A DNA stretch of 64,000 nucleotides, filler included, from Stramenopiles sp. TOSAG23-3 (taxonomy: Eukaryota), in assembly GCA_900128585.1 (NCBI GenBank). It is 7 parts of 7 records of this genome, joined end to end, with 100 filler letters (N's around TTAATTAATTAA, not from the genome) between each part and the next. Parts side by side here need not be neighbours in the genome. Positions count along the whole stretch, not along the records: positions 27,638 to 36,734 come from LT642955.1; positions 36,835 to 45,928 come from LT642956.1; 5 more parts are not named here. One strand, given 5' to 3'. A model generated the notes under the pieces. The model did not search any database and had not been told where the DNA came from. It saw only the letters and a program-made list of their open reading frames with translations. Of the stretch, positions 31,686 to 42,843 are shown piece by piece. Numbering within the stretch: position 1 is the stretch's first letter; each line of letters begins with the position of its first letter. The translations under genes were made by a program, and so were the position numbers.

Positions 31686-34600
31686 CAAATTGTCGTCATC
31701 TTCCAATTGTTCCTGAATTTGGCCAGCTTCCGCTGCATGGTTGTGTTCCACTGCGTGCTTTTCGCTCTCATGCTTCCGCTTCAGCTCCCGCATCTTAGCT
31801 TCGCGCCTGCGCTTTAACCGGTTGGCCACCGATTCTTGCTGCCGCCGTTTCTCAGAGTCTGCTGCTTGCTTGAGGTTTGTAATGTCATGTTTGTATTGGT
31901 CTTGGATTCGTTGAATGGCAGCCTCATCGTTCCTCGCTTTTGCTTCTGCTATATCCATCTGCGCCTGGTTCTTCTTCATCAGCTGCATTTTCTTGAGCTC
32001 CAATTTGCGCAGGAGGCGCTCATGGTCCGCTTTCCGGCCTTCGTCCATAGAGTCTCCATTCTTTCGCAAGTCCTCTTGAAGCTGCTTTTGCAGCCTTTCA
32101 AGTTCTTCCAGCGAGCTAATTTTTCCGATTTGAAACTCTTCGTCTGCGTCCCTTGCCATAAAGTCCTCCGCCGCTCGTTTTTCCTCTGCCGTTATTTGGG
32201 CGACAACTTGTTCGTACTCCTGCTTCTGCTGTTCTGCCAGCTCCCTGCCAGTTTGCTGGTGCGTCGCCAGAATCCCTTCTTCCGATTTCTCAGCGTGATG
32301 GCGTTGCGCCAACTGTTTTTTCCTCTTCATTCTTCTCTCTGCCAAACGGGCACGCATGGTCTCGGACTGCCTTTGGCGCTGCTCGTCCATCATAGCTGCC
32401 ATTGCATCTCGGTCTTTGTCCAGCTGCTTGAACAATTTGTTCTGCAAATCTTCGCTCAACCCCTTTTCTGCCAATTCAGCTTTGTGAATTTTCTCGATTT
32501 CTATCGCGCGCTCATGGGCGTGCGCCATTTCAGCCGCCGCTTTTGCATCCATTTTGTTCTCCAGTTCTTTGATATGCCGGTTTTCCTCATGTTCTAAATC
32601 TTTTTCCAGCTTCTTTTTCTCATGCTCGTGCTTTGCGTCCATTCCGCCTTCTCCATCAAAGTGATCTTCCTCATGGTGCCCTTCCGCTTCCCTTTGAGCT
32701 TCTAAAATAAGCAGCAAGCGCTTTCGTTGCGCTGCAGTTTGGCCTCTAGCAGCGGTGAGATCATTTTTCGACTTTGCAGCTCGAATGCCGAGCTTCTCCA
32801 ACGCGGTTTTCAACTCGCCCAACAAACTGGTGAGCCTCTTCTTACTCTTTCGCTTTACCTTTGTCACTTCGGCAGGGTTTTGTTGATCGGTGGCCTGCTT
32901 AATGCCAGTAGCACACGCAATTTCCGTCTGTCCGAGGGCCATCACGAACGTATCAGACCCATCGGCGAACGATCGCAGGGTCGACACCAGGTTTCTGCAG
33001 GCTACATCGGCTTTCTCATCGAACGCTCGCAACTGCTCAAGCTGCATTGTGAGATCATGGTCCAGCTCTACCGCGCCGTGTTTTACGGCGGCATTCCAGA
33101 GGGTAATCCCTTTCAGTCTTCGCTCCCGCTCTCGTTCAAAAGACGCGACTAATTTTCTAATTTTGCGGGCGCCCTGTTGGACCGACGTTCTCAGGCCACT
33201 GATACTTTTCGAGCGTTTGGATCCGTGCCCCGCTTCACCGGACGGCTCAAGCTCTTCGACTATTTTCTCGACCATGGCGTCGACCCCGCTTCTGAAATGG
33301 GAATGTACCTCTTGCAGCCCTTTAATGCAGTCCTCCTCCAGCGTTTGCACGCGGGCGTCGTACGCCATGCGGGCACGTACCTCGTTCTCCAGTATTTTAA
33401 GAAGGGTCTGGCTTTTGGCCTTTGTGCCGTCGGGGTCCATGAAAGAAGTTTCCGCCAAGAGCCGGCGAACTTCTTCCGTTTCCTGTCGCAGGGCCGCAAG
33501 GACTTCGCTCGTCGACGACGAAATCAATTCATCGGTACCCAGAATCTTAGACATTAAGTATTCCCTGTTGGACTCCATACGCTCCAAAATTTCTCGTGCA
33601 TCCAAGTCATCTGCGTCCCACCTTTCTAAATCCCCTCCGCCTCCCCCGTTACTACCCAATGGGTTTCCCATGGACGGGGCAAGGTTGATGGCAGGAACGG
33701 CCGCGGTCCCTGTCGCCGTTCCAGGCTTGTCTACCTTCCGCTCCGCGGTAAATTTCGACGCTGCCTCCTTTTCTTCCGTTTTCAGAACGGATCCTTTTTG
33801 ATGCATGCGGGTCATCGGCATTTTCCTATTTCGCTCCCTGTACACGGGGGCACTCCCGTGCTGGTTCCAAGCCCTTGCCCGCAAGTAGTACAGAAGCCCA
33901 ATAATAACAAACACGGACAAAAACAGCCCGCCGATCATCCATCCCAACAGATTCCAATCAGGTTTTCTCACCAAAGTTGGGTCTTGTTCCAAGCCCAGCG
34001 CAATCGCATTTGCTTCTGTGTAAGGGAGTATGTAGGTTCCCATCGGGCAAGTACTCCCGGAGGGCATGACCACCACTACGAACTGGTGCTTCAAATTGTT
34101 GTTCAGGGCAAACACAAACGTGCCCGGAATGCTGAACTGGAATCCGAATATGTAGTTTCCAGACTTTGGACCAGTCTTAATTTGGTAAGAGTCTGGGCAC
34201 TGGGAGTTGCTGCACTGGGCGTTTAAAGCATCAAACTTTCCTTCAGGGTCAAAGTCGGTTGTACTGTCCCATGTGTTCAGCATGGAATCCCGGACCACCA
34301 CTATCCACGACTTGGTCGTGAACGCGAATATAATAGAGTTCCCCTGCACGATGCACGTAAGGGGTTGCTTGATTCCCGCCGCGGCCACACTGTCGTTGTA
34401 CTGGTTGTCCGGGTCTCCCAAGAACCTTCCATGCCCGTGCTCCGGGTACACAGAAGTGGTCTTGGCGGACGAGTACGTTGCGGGTTCATTGTCCTCCGCG
34501 ACCGTGTCGGTCAGCAGCATCCCATCGTCTAGCGATAGGGCAGCATTCACATAGCCGACGGCGATGTTGCCTGTCACGTCAACGTGGACGACCGGGCACC

Positions 34601-36164
34601 CGAACTCTTCGACAGGGTTCTCGCAAGTAACCCCGGCAAGGGCGTCCCCGAATCCTACACCGTCCCCATGGGCGATCGATGTGGAGCGCAAGGTGTTCCC
34701 CAGCACGGACTGGACGGTGTACGTCCCATCGGCGGTGACGAAGGCCCGCGGTGCGTGGGACCTGCAGTCGAAGTCACAAATCGAATCCATGGACGGCTGC
34801 AGGCAGTCGCAATGGCCCGTCCGGGAGGACATTCTACCGACGGCCGTGTCGTGCAATTCTTTGCAATACCGCGAGCAGTACCGCGTCCCGTTCACGCAAT
34901 TGCCGTCCGCGTCTCGGGATTCCCCGTCCTGGCACCGGTCGTACACTATTGGTTGGCAGTCTACCTTCGAGTCTCCACTACCGAGGTTCATCTCTCGGTC
35001 AAACCACTGGTAGCGGGGCTTGCAGAGGCAGAGGCCCGTTTTCGATTGCCAGCGTCGGTGGGCACCGACGCACGCGCAGCCCGTTCTATCTTTATTGGCC
35101 ACAGCGCTCGCGGGGCACATTGTGCACGCCCTCTGCCCCGGGACGGCGCTGTAAAAACTAGGGGGGCACTGCCGACAGTCTGACACCGACGCCATGCCAG
35201 CAAAAGGGTTGTAGCTTCCGACAGGGCATGCGATCTCTATTGTGGTGCCACCTGGACAATAGTGCCCGGCAGGGCACTTGTACCCGCCCCCCTCTTCCAC
35301 ACGCTCGGGCTCAGGCGACGAGGCACCTGCCTTGCACACATACCCCAGGGAGCAGGGTTTGCAGCGGGCCGGAACGGGGGATTGGGCCCCTTGTCCCCTG
35401 CCGTACGTCCCAGCTGGGCAAGGCCGACACGCGCTTTCCATGGTTGCCCTTCTTTTCGCCCCCTCTAATGCATCCACACCTTGGTCGACATCGTACTGCC
35501 GTCGGACGGTCCCCGCTGGGCAGGGTTCTGGAATACCGCTCCCTTCCGGGCAAAAAGAGCCCGCCGGACACATCAGCGGGGCGACGCTTCCCGCCGGGCA
35601 ATAGAACCCGAGCGGGCACACTTCGGGGGCAGCCGCACTGTCGTGGCCCGTGCAGTATTTTCCTGCCGGGCAAAGGGTCTCCGACGTGGAGCCAGGCGGA
35701 CAGTGCGCCGATGCTTTCTTCCCTGGGCCAACCAACGGGCGGCAGACGGTGCACGCTTGCGCGCCGCCGCGGCCAAACGTCCCGGCCGGGCACTTGGTCG
35801 GCGTATGGGCCCGGTCCGGACACTCAAAGCCGGCCGGGCACTGCTTGCACATTTTCACCCCGATGGAATCTGCATAGTAGCCTTTCGGGCACGGGTGACA
35901 CTCTAACTGGCCCATCGCAGAGAAGGACCCACCTTCGCACACTTTGATGGTGTACTGGTTTCTATCTTGTTGTTTCTTGGGCCCGGCTTTCCCACTCTCG
36001 CTGTCCCGTCCTTTCAGGCGGCACGAGAAACCTGCCGGGCACAGAAAGGTATTATGCGACCTTCCCGCCCCTTTCGATCTCGCTGCCTCCTCTTGTGCAA
36101 CGACGCACAAGAGTTGGGTTGAGCAGCACACCAAGGCCAGGCAGAAGGCGACCCATGGTTTCAT
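31686..36164 (-). CDS. N-terminal half of a giant type I membrane protein: Cys-rich (GCC2/GCC3, ephrin-receptor-like) ectodomain, one TM helix, long cytoplasmic coiled coil
   Basis: Signal peptide MKPWVAFCLALVCC; many CPAGxYCP repeats; TM LLGWMIGGLFLSVFVIIGLLYYL; charged coiled coil. Confidence 0.9.
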
Positions 36165-36734
36165 GGTGTAGGTCTGTCCGGTCGACCAGGTCCGGTGGTG
36201 CAAGACAACTCTCTCTCCCCGGCTGCGTCCGTACAAGCAATAAGCAGACGATTATACTTCCGTGTACTTCGTGCTTTGGACAAACAAACAGAATGCCGGT
36301 GGATGATTAAAAAACAAATAAAAAAGAGATGAAAGATCGGAAATGGTTGCAAAAAATGAAAAGTAGGAAGAGAAACGAGTCTGTCTTCTTCAAACGATTG
36401 ATCGAGAAACAGTAACACACACATTCTTACATTTTATTCCAAGGTTTTTATTGCTTTTTTCTTTTTTTAATTTATTTATTATTTTTTATATTTTTTTTTT
36501 CCTTTAAAAAAATCCACTTGCTTCAATAATTAAGGATAAATTGTTTTGGACTCTATTTTAATTTGTACAATATAAACTATTTATAATTTGATAATGATAC
36601 TTTACATATCAAGATATTCATTTAACCTTAATAATTAAAATTTCTTTTTTCTTTTCTTCTTCTTCTTTTTTTAAAATTATATTATTATTATTTTATTTTT
36701 GTTGTTGTTGCCTTTTTTTATTCAAAAGACAAAG

Positions 36735-36834
36735 NNNNNNNNNNNNNNNNNNNNNNNNNNNNNNNNNNNNNNNNNNNNTTAATTAATTAANNNNNNNNNN
36801 NNNNNNNNNNNNNNNNNNNNNNNNNNNNNNNNNN
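36735..36834. other. Artificial contig linker
   Basis: N44-TTAATTAATTAA-N44. Confidence 0.99.
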
Positions 36835-37759
36835 CATCTTGTATTGCTCCTAACATACACACAAGAGGGAGTTGTATGAGTTGTAGGATTAAAGAGTGAT
36901 ATTTTGATAATAAAATAATAATAGTAGAGGAGAGACTAACTAAAAAAAAATAATTTAAAAAAATAGAGAATAGAAGAAAGAAGAAAGGAAAAAAAGAAGA
37001 AGGAGAAATAGAAAGAAAACTACGTATTTTATTATACTACCTTGGTACGCTACTGTACCAACACCACAGCACAGGACCACAGGCTTTGTTTTAAAAAATA
37101 ATAATAAAAAATAAAGAAGTTCACAATACTCTTGTAATGATTATTATTTTTTAAATTAGACTCCTCGTATATAATAATAGCTATAGTCACACCAGCACTT
37201 TTTTTTCATTCAGAAATCTCGCTTTGATAAAAAAATTAAAATTAAAAGAAAAGCCTCCGCCTCTCGCCTCCCTCTTATTTCTATAATTAATTAAAATAGG
37301 GTTAATGTTAGGGTCATTCATTGTTTGTTATCGGTTGATTTTAAAAAACTGTAGTATTGTATTTTCCTATATCATTTATACTTAAATCTTAACTTATCTC
37401 AAATTGAGAAGACTAGTTTTTTTTGTTTGTTTGTGCCTAAATAAATAATAAATAATTTATACTGAAGTATAACCGGTAGGAACGCACGGCACACTAGATT
37501 TCTAAAAAAACTAGTACTTTCTATTGCAATCCACTTGTTGTGTATGCAAGCAATTTAAAGAGTAAAGAGACAGAATGATATCCACTTCAATTTATTCTTC
37601 CTTATTTTCAACGAAACATTCTATACTTTGAACAGTGCGTTGTTCTGTCTTGTAAAGGTTGAAATATTGTTCGTGCATCGCACACGCATACGTACGTGCG
37701 CACACCCTCCCACGCGCGGGCTTTTTGAACTGAGAGTGAGCGAGCCGAGGTGAAGAAGA

Positions 37760-40700
37760 ATGACCTCCTTTGGGGAAATCGCAAGGTTACGGGCCGCTTT
37801 GAACGATAAGGAAGCGGCCCTGGCCGAGGTCGTTGACGAAATAGTGTACTTTGAAAACAAACTTAAGGCAGAAGAGAGAAAAAGCAAGAGCATCCAGGAG
37901 TGTATGTCTTCCAGCAACGGCAGCCACTCGGACGCTATCGCTGCCCTGCTGAAGTATGTGTTTACGCTCGAAGAGTTCGTGGACCCAACCCCGGAAGTGC
38001 TGGAGAAACGGGAGAGCATGTTTCAGACGCTCAAAAGCACGGCAGAAACGCAGGGAAAATGCTCGGAAACGATGTCGACGCTGTCCGACTCGAGCGTGCA
38101 AAACGGCTGGGGGAGGGAAGGGTTGGAACAAATTGAGCACCAAATGACCACGTTTCAGAACCAGCAAGCCTCGGTCCACGTCCAGCGGTCTGGCAGCATA
38201 GTCGTTCAGTCCAGAGGAAGCCCGCGCCGGTCGGGGGACACCCGCTCTTCCCCATCCGTGGTAACCACCCCAGGAATCGGCTCGCCGTCTGGCATGTCCA
38301 CGCGGCGCGTGAATATTTCAAGGAGTGGGAGCGTTCTCGTGGAAAAGTACCAAGATAGTCCAAACGTCACCCACGGGCAAGTTCAAGGTTTGCGCAACAG
38401 AATTTCCGAGTTGGAAGGGGAGCTGGCCGACATTCGAGTCAAGCTAGGTGTTTCGGAGCGCAGCAGATTGTCTGCTGTCAGGGATCGGGACGCCATGTCA
38501 AAAGAGCTCGAGGTTGTTTCTCAAGAGAAGGAGACCATGGAGCAGAGTCTGAAGAGCCAAGTGCAGGAAGCCAGCACGGCCCGCGAGGAAACGCAAGATG
38601 CGATTCGGGACAGGGAATCGCTCGAGAGAAGGATTGAAAGCTTGGAGGCCCAGCTGCGGGAAGCATGGGCAGCGCGGGATTCGGCGGTAGCGGAATCAAA
38701 GCATGCGGGCAGGGACATGAAAGAGAGCCAAAGGGCAGAGATGGAAGCTGTCAGATCGAGGGACAAGGCATACGCTGAGCTGGAGACGGCCGTTGAGGAA
38801 CAACGAAGATTGTCGGAAAAGGTCGAAAAGCTGCAGCGGGACTATGACTCTGCTGCCCGCCAAGCCGATGACCTTAGCTCGAGCTCAAAAGACTTTAAGG
38901 CCAAGATGGAGCGCCTGACCCTGGAGCGCAACACTGCGCGCGCCGAACGAGACGCATCCCAAATTGACGCGGAAAACGCGAAACAAAAGGTGAACGCGGC
39001 CGAAATGGAAAAGAAGTATGCCCTTGACGATGTCGCGGAAGCAATCCGTCAACGAGACGCCGCGCAACAGCAAGCGGTCGCGGCCATCGAGGAAGAAGAA
39101 AACGCGATCAAACAGAAGCAGCAGGCCTTGGCGAATAGTGTAAAGGCCCAAGAGTCTGCAGAAGCGGCTGTTCGCGCGCGAAAGGATGCAGAGGCGACGG
39201 CGCGAAAAAGCATGGGCGAGGCCGAAAATTTGAGGATTGAAGTCATGCACGAGCGCCGCCAGAAAGAGGCGATCATGAAAGAAATGAAGCAGGCGTTGCA
39301 GGAAAGGCAGAACGCCATCGTCGAACTCAAGATCAGGAGCCAAGAAGACAAGTCCCAAGACGCGCATCGCGCCAAGATCAACACGGAAATAGCAGAGCTG
39401 AAAAGCACAAAGAACATGGCAGACGAGCTGGCCACGGAAATGAAGGGAAAGTGTGCCCGTTTGGAAAGCGAACTCGAGTCCGAACGCGAACGTCTCCACC
39501 AAGCATCTGCGACGGAGAGGGCCCTGTTGACGCAGATTAAGGAGTTGAACGAGACCCTTCGGACGAAAGAATCTGCCAGCGCGCAGGACAAGGGGCGGGA
39601 TGACACCTTGCAGCGTGATTTAGAGCAGTTCAAGGGCGGGTACTACCGTTTGTCAGAAAACGTAAGGGTCCTTGAACAGCAGCTGGCCGAATCCATCGAC
39701 AAGTACAGGTCGCTGCAAATGGCATTTCAGGACGCAAAGGTTTCCCTAAGGCAGCAGCAGCTCGTCAACGAGCAGCAGGCAACCCTGGCCGTGTCTCGCC
39801 AGCAGCTTTCGGCCGAATCGCCCCCGCAGCAACGGGCACGGGTCCATGTCCGCCGCAGCGGTTCGGTGGTGATCCAAGATAATGCGGGCGCGGTACGGCT
39901 GGCTGCCGGCCAGAGTTTCCAAGCGTCGCAATCCTCTAACAGTCGCGTCATCCACATTGACCGGGCCGGAAAAATGTCTCATGTCCAGCGTAGAACGGAG
40001 AATGGGATGGGCAATTCGGCTGCGCCGGCGGGTCCGGCGCCAGTCGCAAGTGCGGGGGCTGCCACCACTCGAGATCTGGGATCTCTTAAGGTCCAGGTGC
40101 AGCGCATGAAGGAACAAGCCGCAGATGCGGCCCAAAGAGCACGGGAGGATGTAAGCGCAGTCGAAGTCGCAGCTGCAGGAATGAAGGAGAAGTTGCGCAT
40201 GTTGGAGGAGGAACGAAAAGGCCACACGGAGGAGAACGCACGGTTGAAAGGGAGAGTGAGCGATTTAGAAAAGGATTTAGGCAACGCCAAACAAAAGTAT
40301 GACTTGCTGGAACAAAAATACGACGGAATCAGCAAGTTGCACAAAGAAGCGGGGGAAAAGATCAAATCGCTCGATGGGGACATCTCGGGGGAAAGAGAGA
40401 GGCTTTTAGAACTGAATGCAAACCTTCAGAAATCGGAAAATGCTGTCGAACTGCTGAAGGAGAGGAAAGACCTTAGTGATGAAGAAATTAAGCGGCTGCG
40501 CCTGGACAACCAAAAGCATATGGAAGAAAAGTACCAATTGCTGGACGACTTGCGAAATGCACAGTCAAGCATGCAAAGCGGTCACGAAGCCACAGAAAAG
40601 ACTGTTCACAATTTTCAAAATCAGGTACACCAGTTCGAATCTAGGCTAAAGGAGGAGCGGGAACGGGGAGACAAGCTGGAAGAGGCGTTGAACAAGAAGA

Positions 40701-41335
40701 GTCAAGAACTGGTGTCGATCGAGGAAGAGCGCAGCCGACTCTCTAGCGAGTTGGAAGGGGCCGCGGCCCATTTGCGTCTTATTGGCTTGCAAAAACAGGC
40801 AGTGACACGCGAATTGGAGCAAGTTTACTCCTCCCTCGCCGAGCTAGAGTCCCAACTCTCGGTTTCGCGAACAGAGAACGAACGTTTGAGGATGGCAAAC
40901 GCAAACTACGGTGACACGCCGTCCGGGAACCTGCTTCTGGGAAGTGGTCTCCATAGTCGCGCGTTAGCAAGCAGCCGGGGGATCGGCGAGACCACTTTGT
41001 ATAATCCACCGTCCTCCTCGGCACTAAGCAGCTCGTACAGTCGCAGCGATATTCCGCACCAAACCGTAAAGATTTCTCGACGTGGCAGTGTCGAAGTTGT
41101 CCAAGACTCTCTTGGATCGGGAATGGAACAGCCCAGCATGATACCCTTGCCATCTTCCAGTGGATCAAGCGCCACGGATCGGGGGACGGCGTCAACCCGG
41201 CGCGGTACGTACTACGGTATGTATGGTTTAAACGAGGCGCAGGAGCTGCGGCAATTAAACCGGACCAGAAGTTCGGCAGACGTGCATCAATATCCAAATA
41301 TCACCCCCAGCTCGCGTTATGGTGGTGGTAGGTGA
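37760..41335 (+). CDS. Long coiled-coil protein with repeated V-x-I/V-x-R-S-G-S-V motif
   Basis: 1191 aa uninterrupted ORF, heptad-rich; no catalytic motifs. Confidence 0.9.
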   Translation: MTSFGEIARLRAALNDKEAALAEVVDEIVYFENKLKAEERKSKSIQECMSSSNGSHSDAIAALLKYVFTLEEFVDPTPEVLEKRESMFQTLKSTAETQGKCSETMSTLSDSSVQNGWGREGLEQIEHQMTTFQNQQASVHVQRSGSIVVQSRGSPRRSGDTRSSPSVVTTPGIGSPSGMSTRRVNISRSGSVLVEKYQDSPNVTHGQVQGLRNRISELEGELADIRVKLGVSERSRLSAVRDRDAMSKELEVVSQEKETMEQSLKSQVQEASTAREETQDAIRDRESLERRIESLEAQLREAWAARDSAVAESKHAGRDMKESQRAEMEAVRSRDKAYAELETAVEEQRRLSEKVEKLQRDYDSAARQADDLSSSSKDFKAKMERLTLERNTARAERDASQIDAENAKQKVNAAEMEKKYALDDVAEAIRQRDAAQQQAVAAIEEEENAIKQKQQALANSVKAQESAEAAVRARKDAEATARKSMGEAENLRIEVMHERRQKEAIMKEMKQALQERQNAIVELKIRSQEDKSQDAHRAKINTEIAELKSTKNMADELATEMKGKCARLESELESERERLHQASATERALLTQIKELNETLRTKESASAQDKGRDDTLQRDLEQFKGGYYRLSENVRVLEQQLAESIDKYRSLQMAFQDAKVSLRQQQLVNEQQATLAVSRQQLSAESPPQQRARVHVRRSGSVVIQDNAGAVRLAAGQSFQASQSSNSRVIHIDRAGKMSHVQRRTENGMGNSAAPAGPAPVASAGAATTRDLGSLKVQVQRMKEQAADAAQRAREDVSAVEVAAAGMKEKLRMLEEERKGHTEENARLKGRVSDLEKDLGNAKQKYDLLEQKYDGISKLHKEAGEKIKSLDGDISGERERLLELNANLQKSENAVELLKERKDLSDEEIKRLRLDNQKHMEEKYQLLDDLRNAQSSMQSGHEATEKTVHNFQNQVHQFESRLKEERERGDKLEEALNKKSQELVSIEEERSRLSSELEGAAAHLRLIGLQKQAVTRELEQVYSSLAELESQLSVSRTENERLRMANANYGDTPSGNLLLGSGLHSRALASSRGIGETTLYNPPSSSALSSSYSRSDIPHQTVKISRRGSVEVVQDSLGSGMEQPSMIPLPSSSGSSATDRGTASTRRGTYYGMYGLNEAQELRQLNRTRSSADVHQYPNITPSSRYGGGR

Positions 41336-42013
41336 ACGTAATTTGATTTTTAGTCAAACACACTTTACTACATTTTTGAAAAGGTATGTTTTCTTATTAA
41401 GAATTCTTTCATTAATGTATGGTTATAAATTAGGGTTTTTATAGTAATAATTATATTTAGTTTATCATGAATACAATCTAAATTATATACTATATAATGT
41501 ACTTTAAACACCACTCCTCCATCTATCCGTTTCAACCAACCAGATTATAATACATGTGACAATACAAAGAAATATTTATTTTATTAGATTAAATGCAGAA
41601 AATAGCATTGTTCAGTTTCATCATTCAATACTCCGAGTGTTGATTACTACTACGTACGAAAATATAACCTTTACACAGCATCTTAACTCGTTTCCGATCG
41701 AGCTGTGGGCTGTGGGGGTGTATTTATGTATGTATGTATGTATGTATAAAAAATGAGTTTTTTTTTATTAAATTATAAAAGTAGCAGTAGTAGCATTAAA
41801 AAAAGAAGAGAAAGAAGTACGATCTCGATGACGATTGTCACAAACGAATTTATGACACACATACGTAGATAGATAGACATTGTTACTTTATAAAAATTGT
41901 TAAACAAAAGATCAGGAAAGAGGAGGGAACATTCAAAACAAATACAAACGAAAGTATCGTCGACTGTACATTATTTTATTTACAATCAGTAGTACCAGAT
42001 AAATAAAGCACAT

Positions 42014-42610
42014 ATGTCTTCCACATACATTTCGGACATTAACGCTGGATGGAACTGGATTGCAAGTGGTGGGTCGTCTGTGGCTGCAAAGACAACACAC
42101 CGGGCTCCTAGGTGGGTGATCCCCCCGAAGAATTCCTTTCAAAAGCCAAAAGACTCGGTTGCCTTTAACTCCAACGTAAAAGGGCACGTTCCAGGTTACA
42201 CGGGGTACGTGAAAGGCGCTGATCGGTTGGCTGGCTACTCTTACGGAAGGTTGTCCAAAATTGCGATGAAGTCTACTAACGACGAAATCGAGTGCATGCC
42301 CCAAATACCTGACAATTTACACGCCGTCGTTAAAAAAGATTTGACGGACAAAACTTCCGTCGCGTCAAAACAGGAGGCACCACCCAAACGTATCCCAGGC
42401 TACATGGGATTTATTGCACAGTCCAGGGACCAGTTCGGAGACACATTCGGTCGTACGACTGCAAAATGCCTTGCCACATCTTATGAGTACGAAGGATTTC
42501 GTTCTTTTGAAGACCAAACGCGCGCACGCCGTGAATCTGCGAGTGGCGTCAACAAAGACGGAGAAGGGACTTTTGTGGCAAACAAGTTGACGTTAGCGCG
42601 TGACAACTAA
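42014..42610 (+). CDS. FAM166/CIMIP2-like ciliary microtubule inner protein
   Basis: Two repeats: GHVPGYTGYVKG...GYSYGRLS and RIPGYMGFIAQ...FGDTFGRTT. Confidence 0.8.
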   Translation: MSSTYISDINAGWNWIASGGSSVAAKTTHRAPRWVIPPKNSFQKPKDSVAFNSNVKGHVPGYTGYVKGADRLAGYSYGRLSKIAMKSTNDEIECMPQIPDNLHAVVKKDLTDKTSVASKQEAPPKRIPGYMGFIAQSRDQFGDTFGRTTAKCLATSYEYEGFRSFEDQTRARRESASGVNKDGEGTFVANKLTLARDN

Positions 42611-42757
42611 GCTGGAAGCATCCTGACGAATCGTAACTTGTTCCCAGGCGCGGCCACTTCATAAGATGTATATATAGTATACGCTGCGTTGACGTATCAT
42701 ACTCGTACCATAAGAGCTAAACAAAAACAAATCTAAATATCATACACCTAAAATATC

Positions 42758-42829
42758 AAAAACAAACAAATTGGTTGTTATTTAAGTAATTAAAATTTAT
42801 GTTCTTCGTGTACCGCGAAAATGAATCTG
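42758..42829 (+). repeat. Dispersed repeat, copy 5
   Basis: AAAAACAAACAAATTGGTTGTTATTTAAGTAATTAAAATTTAT...GTACCGCGAAAATGAATCTG (the last 20-mer is also at 61478). Confidence 0.8.
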
Positions 42830-42843
42830 GCTGCATTCCATCT

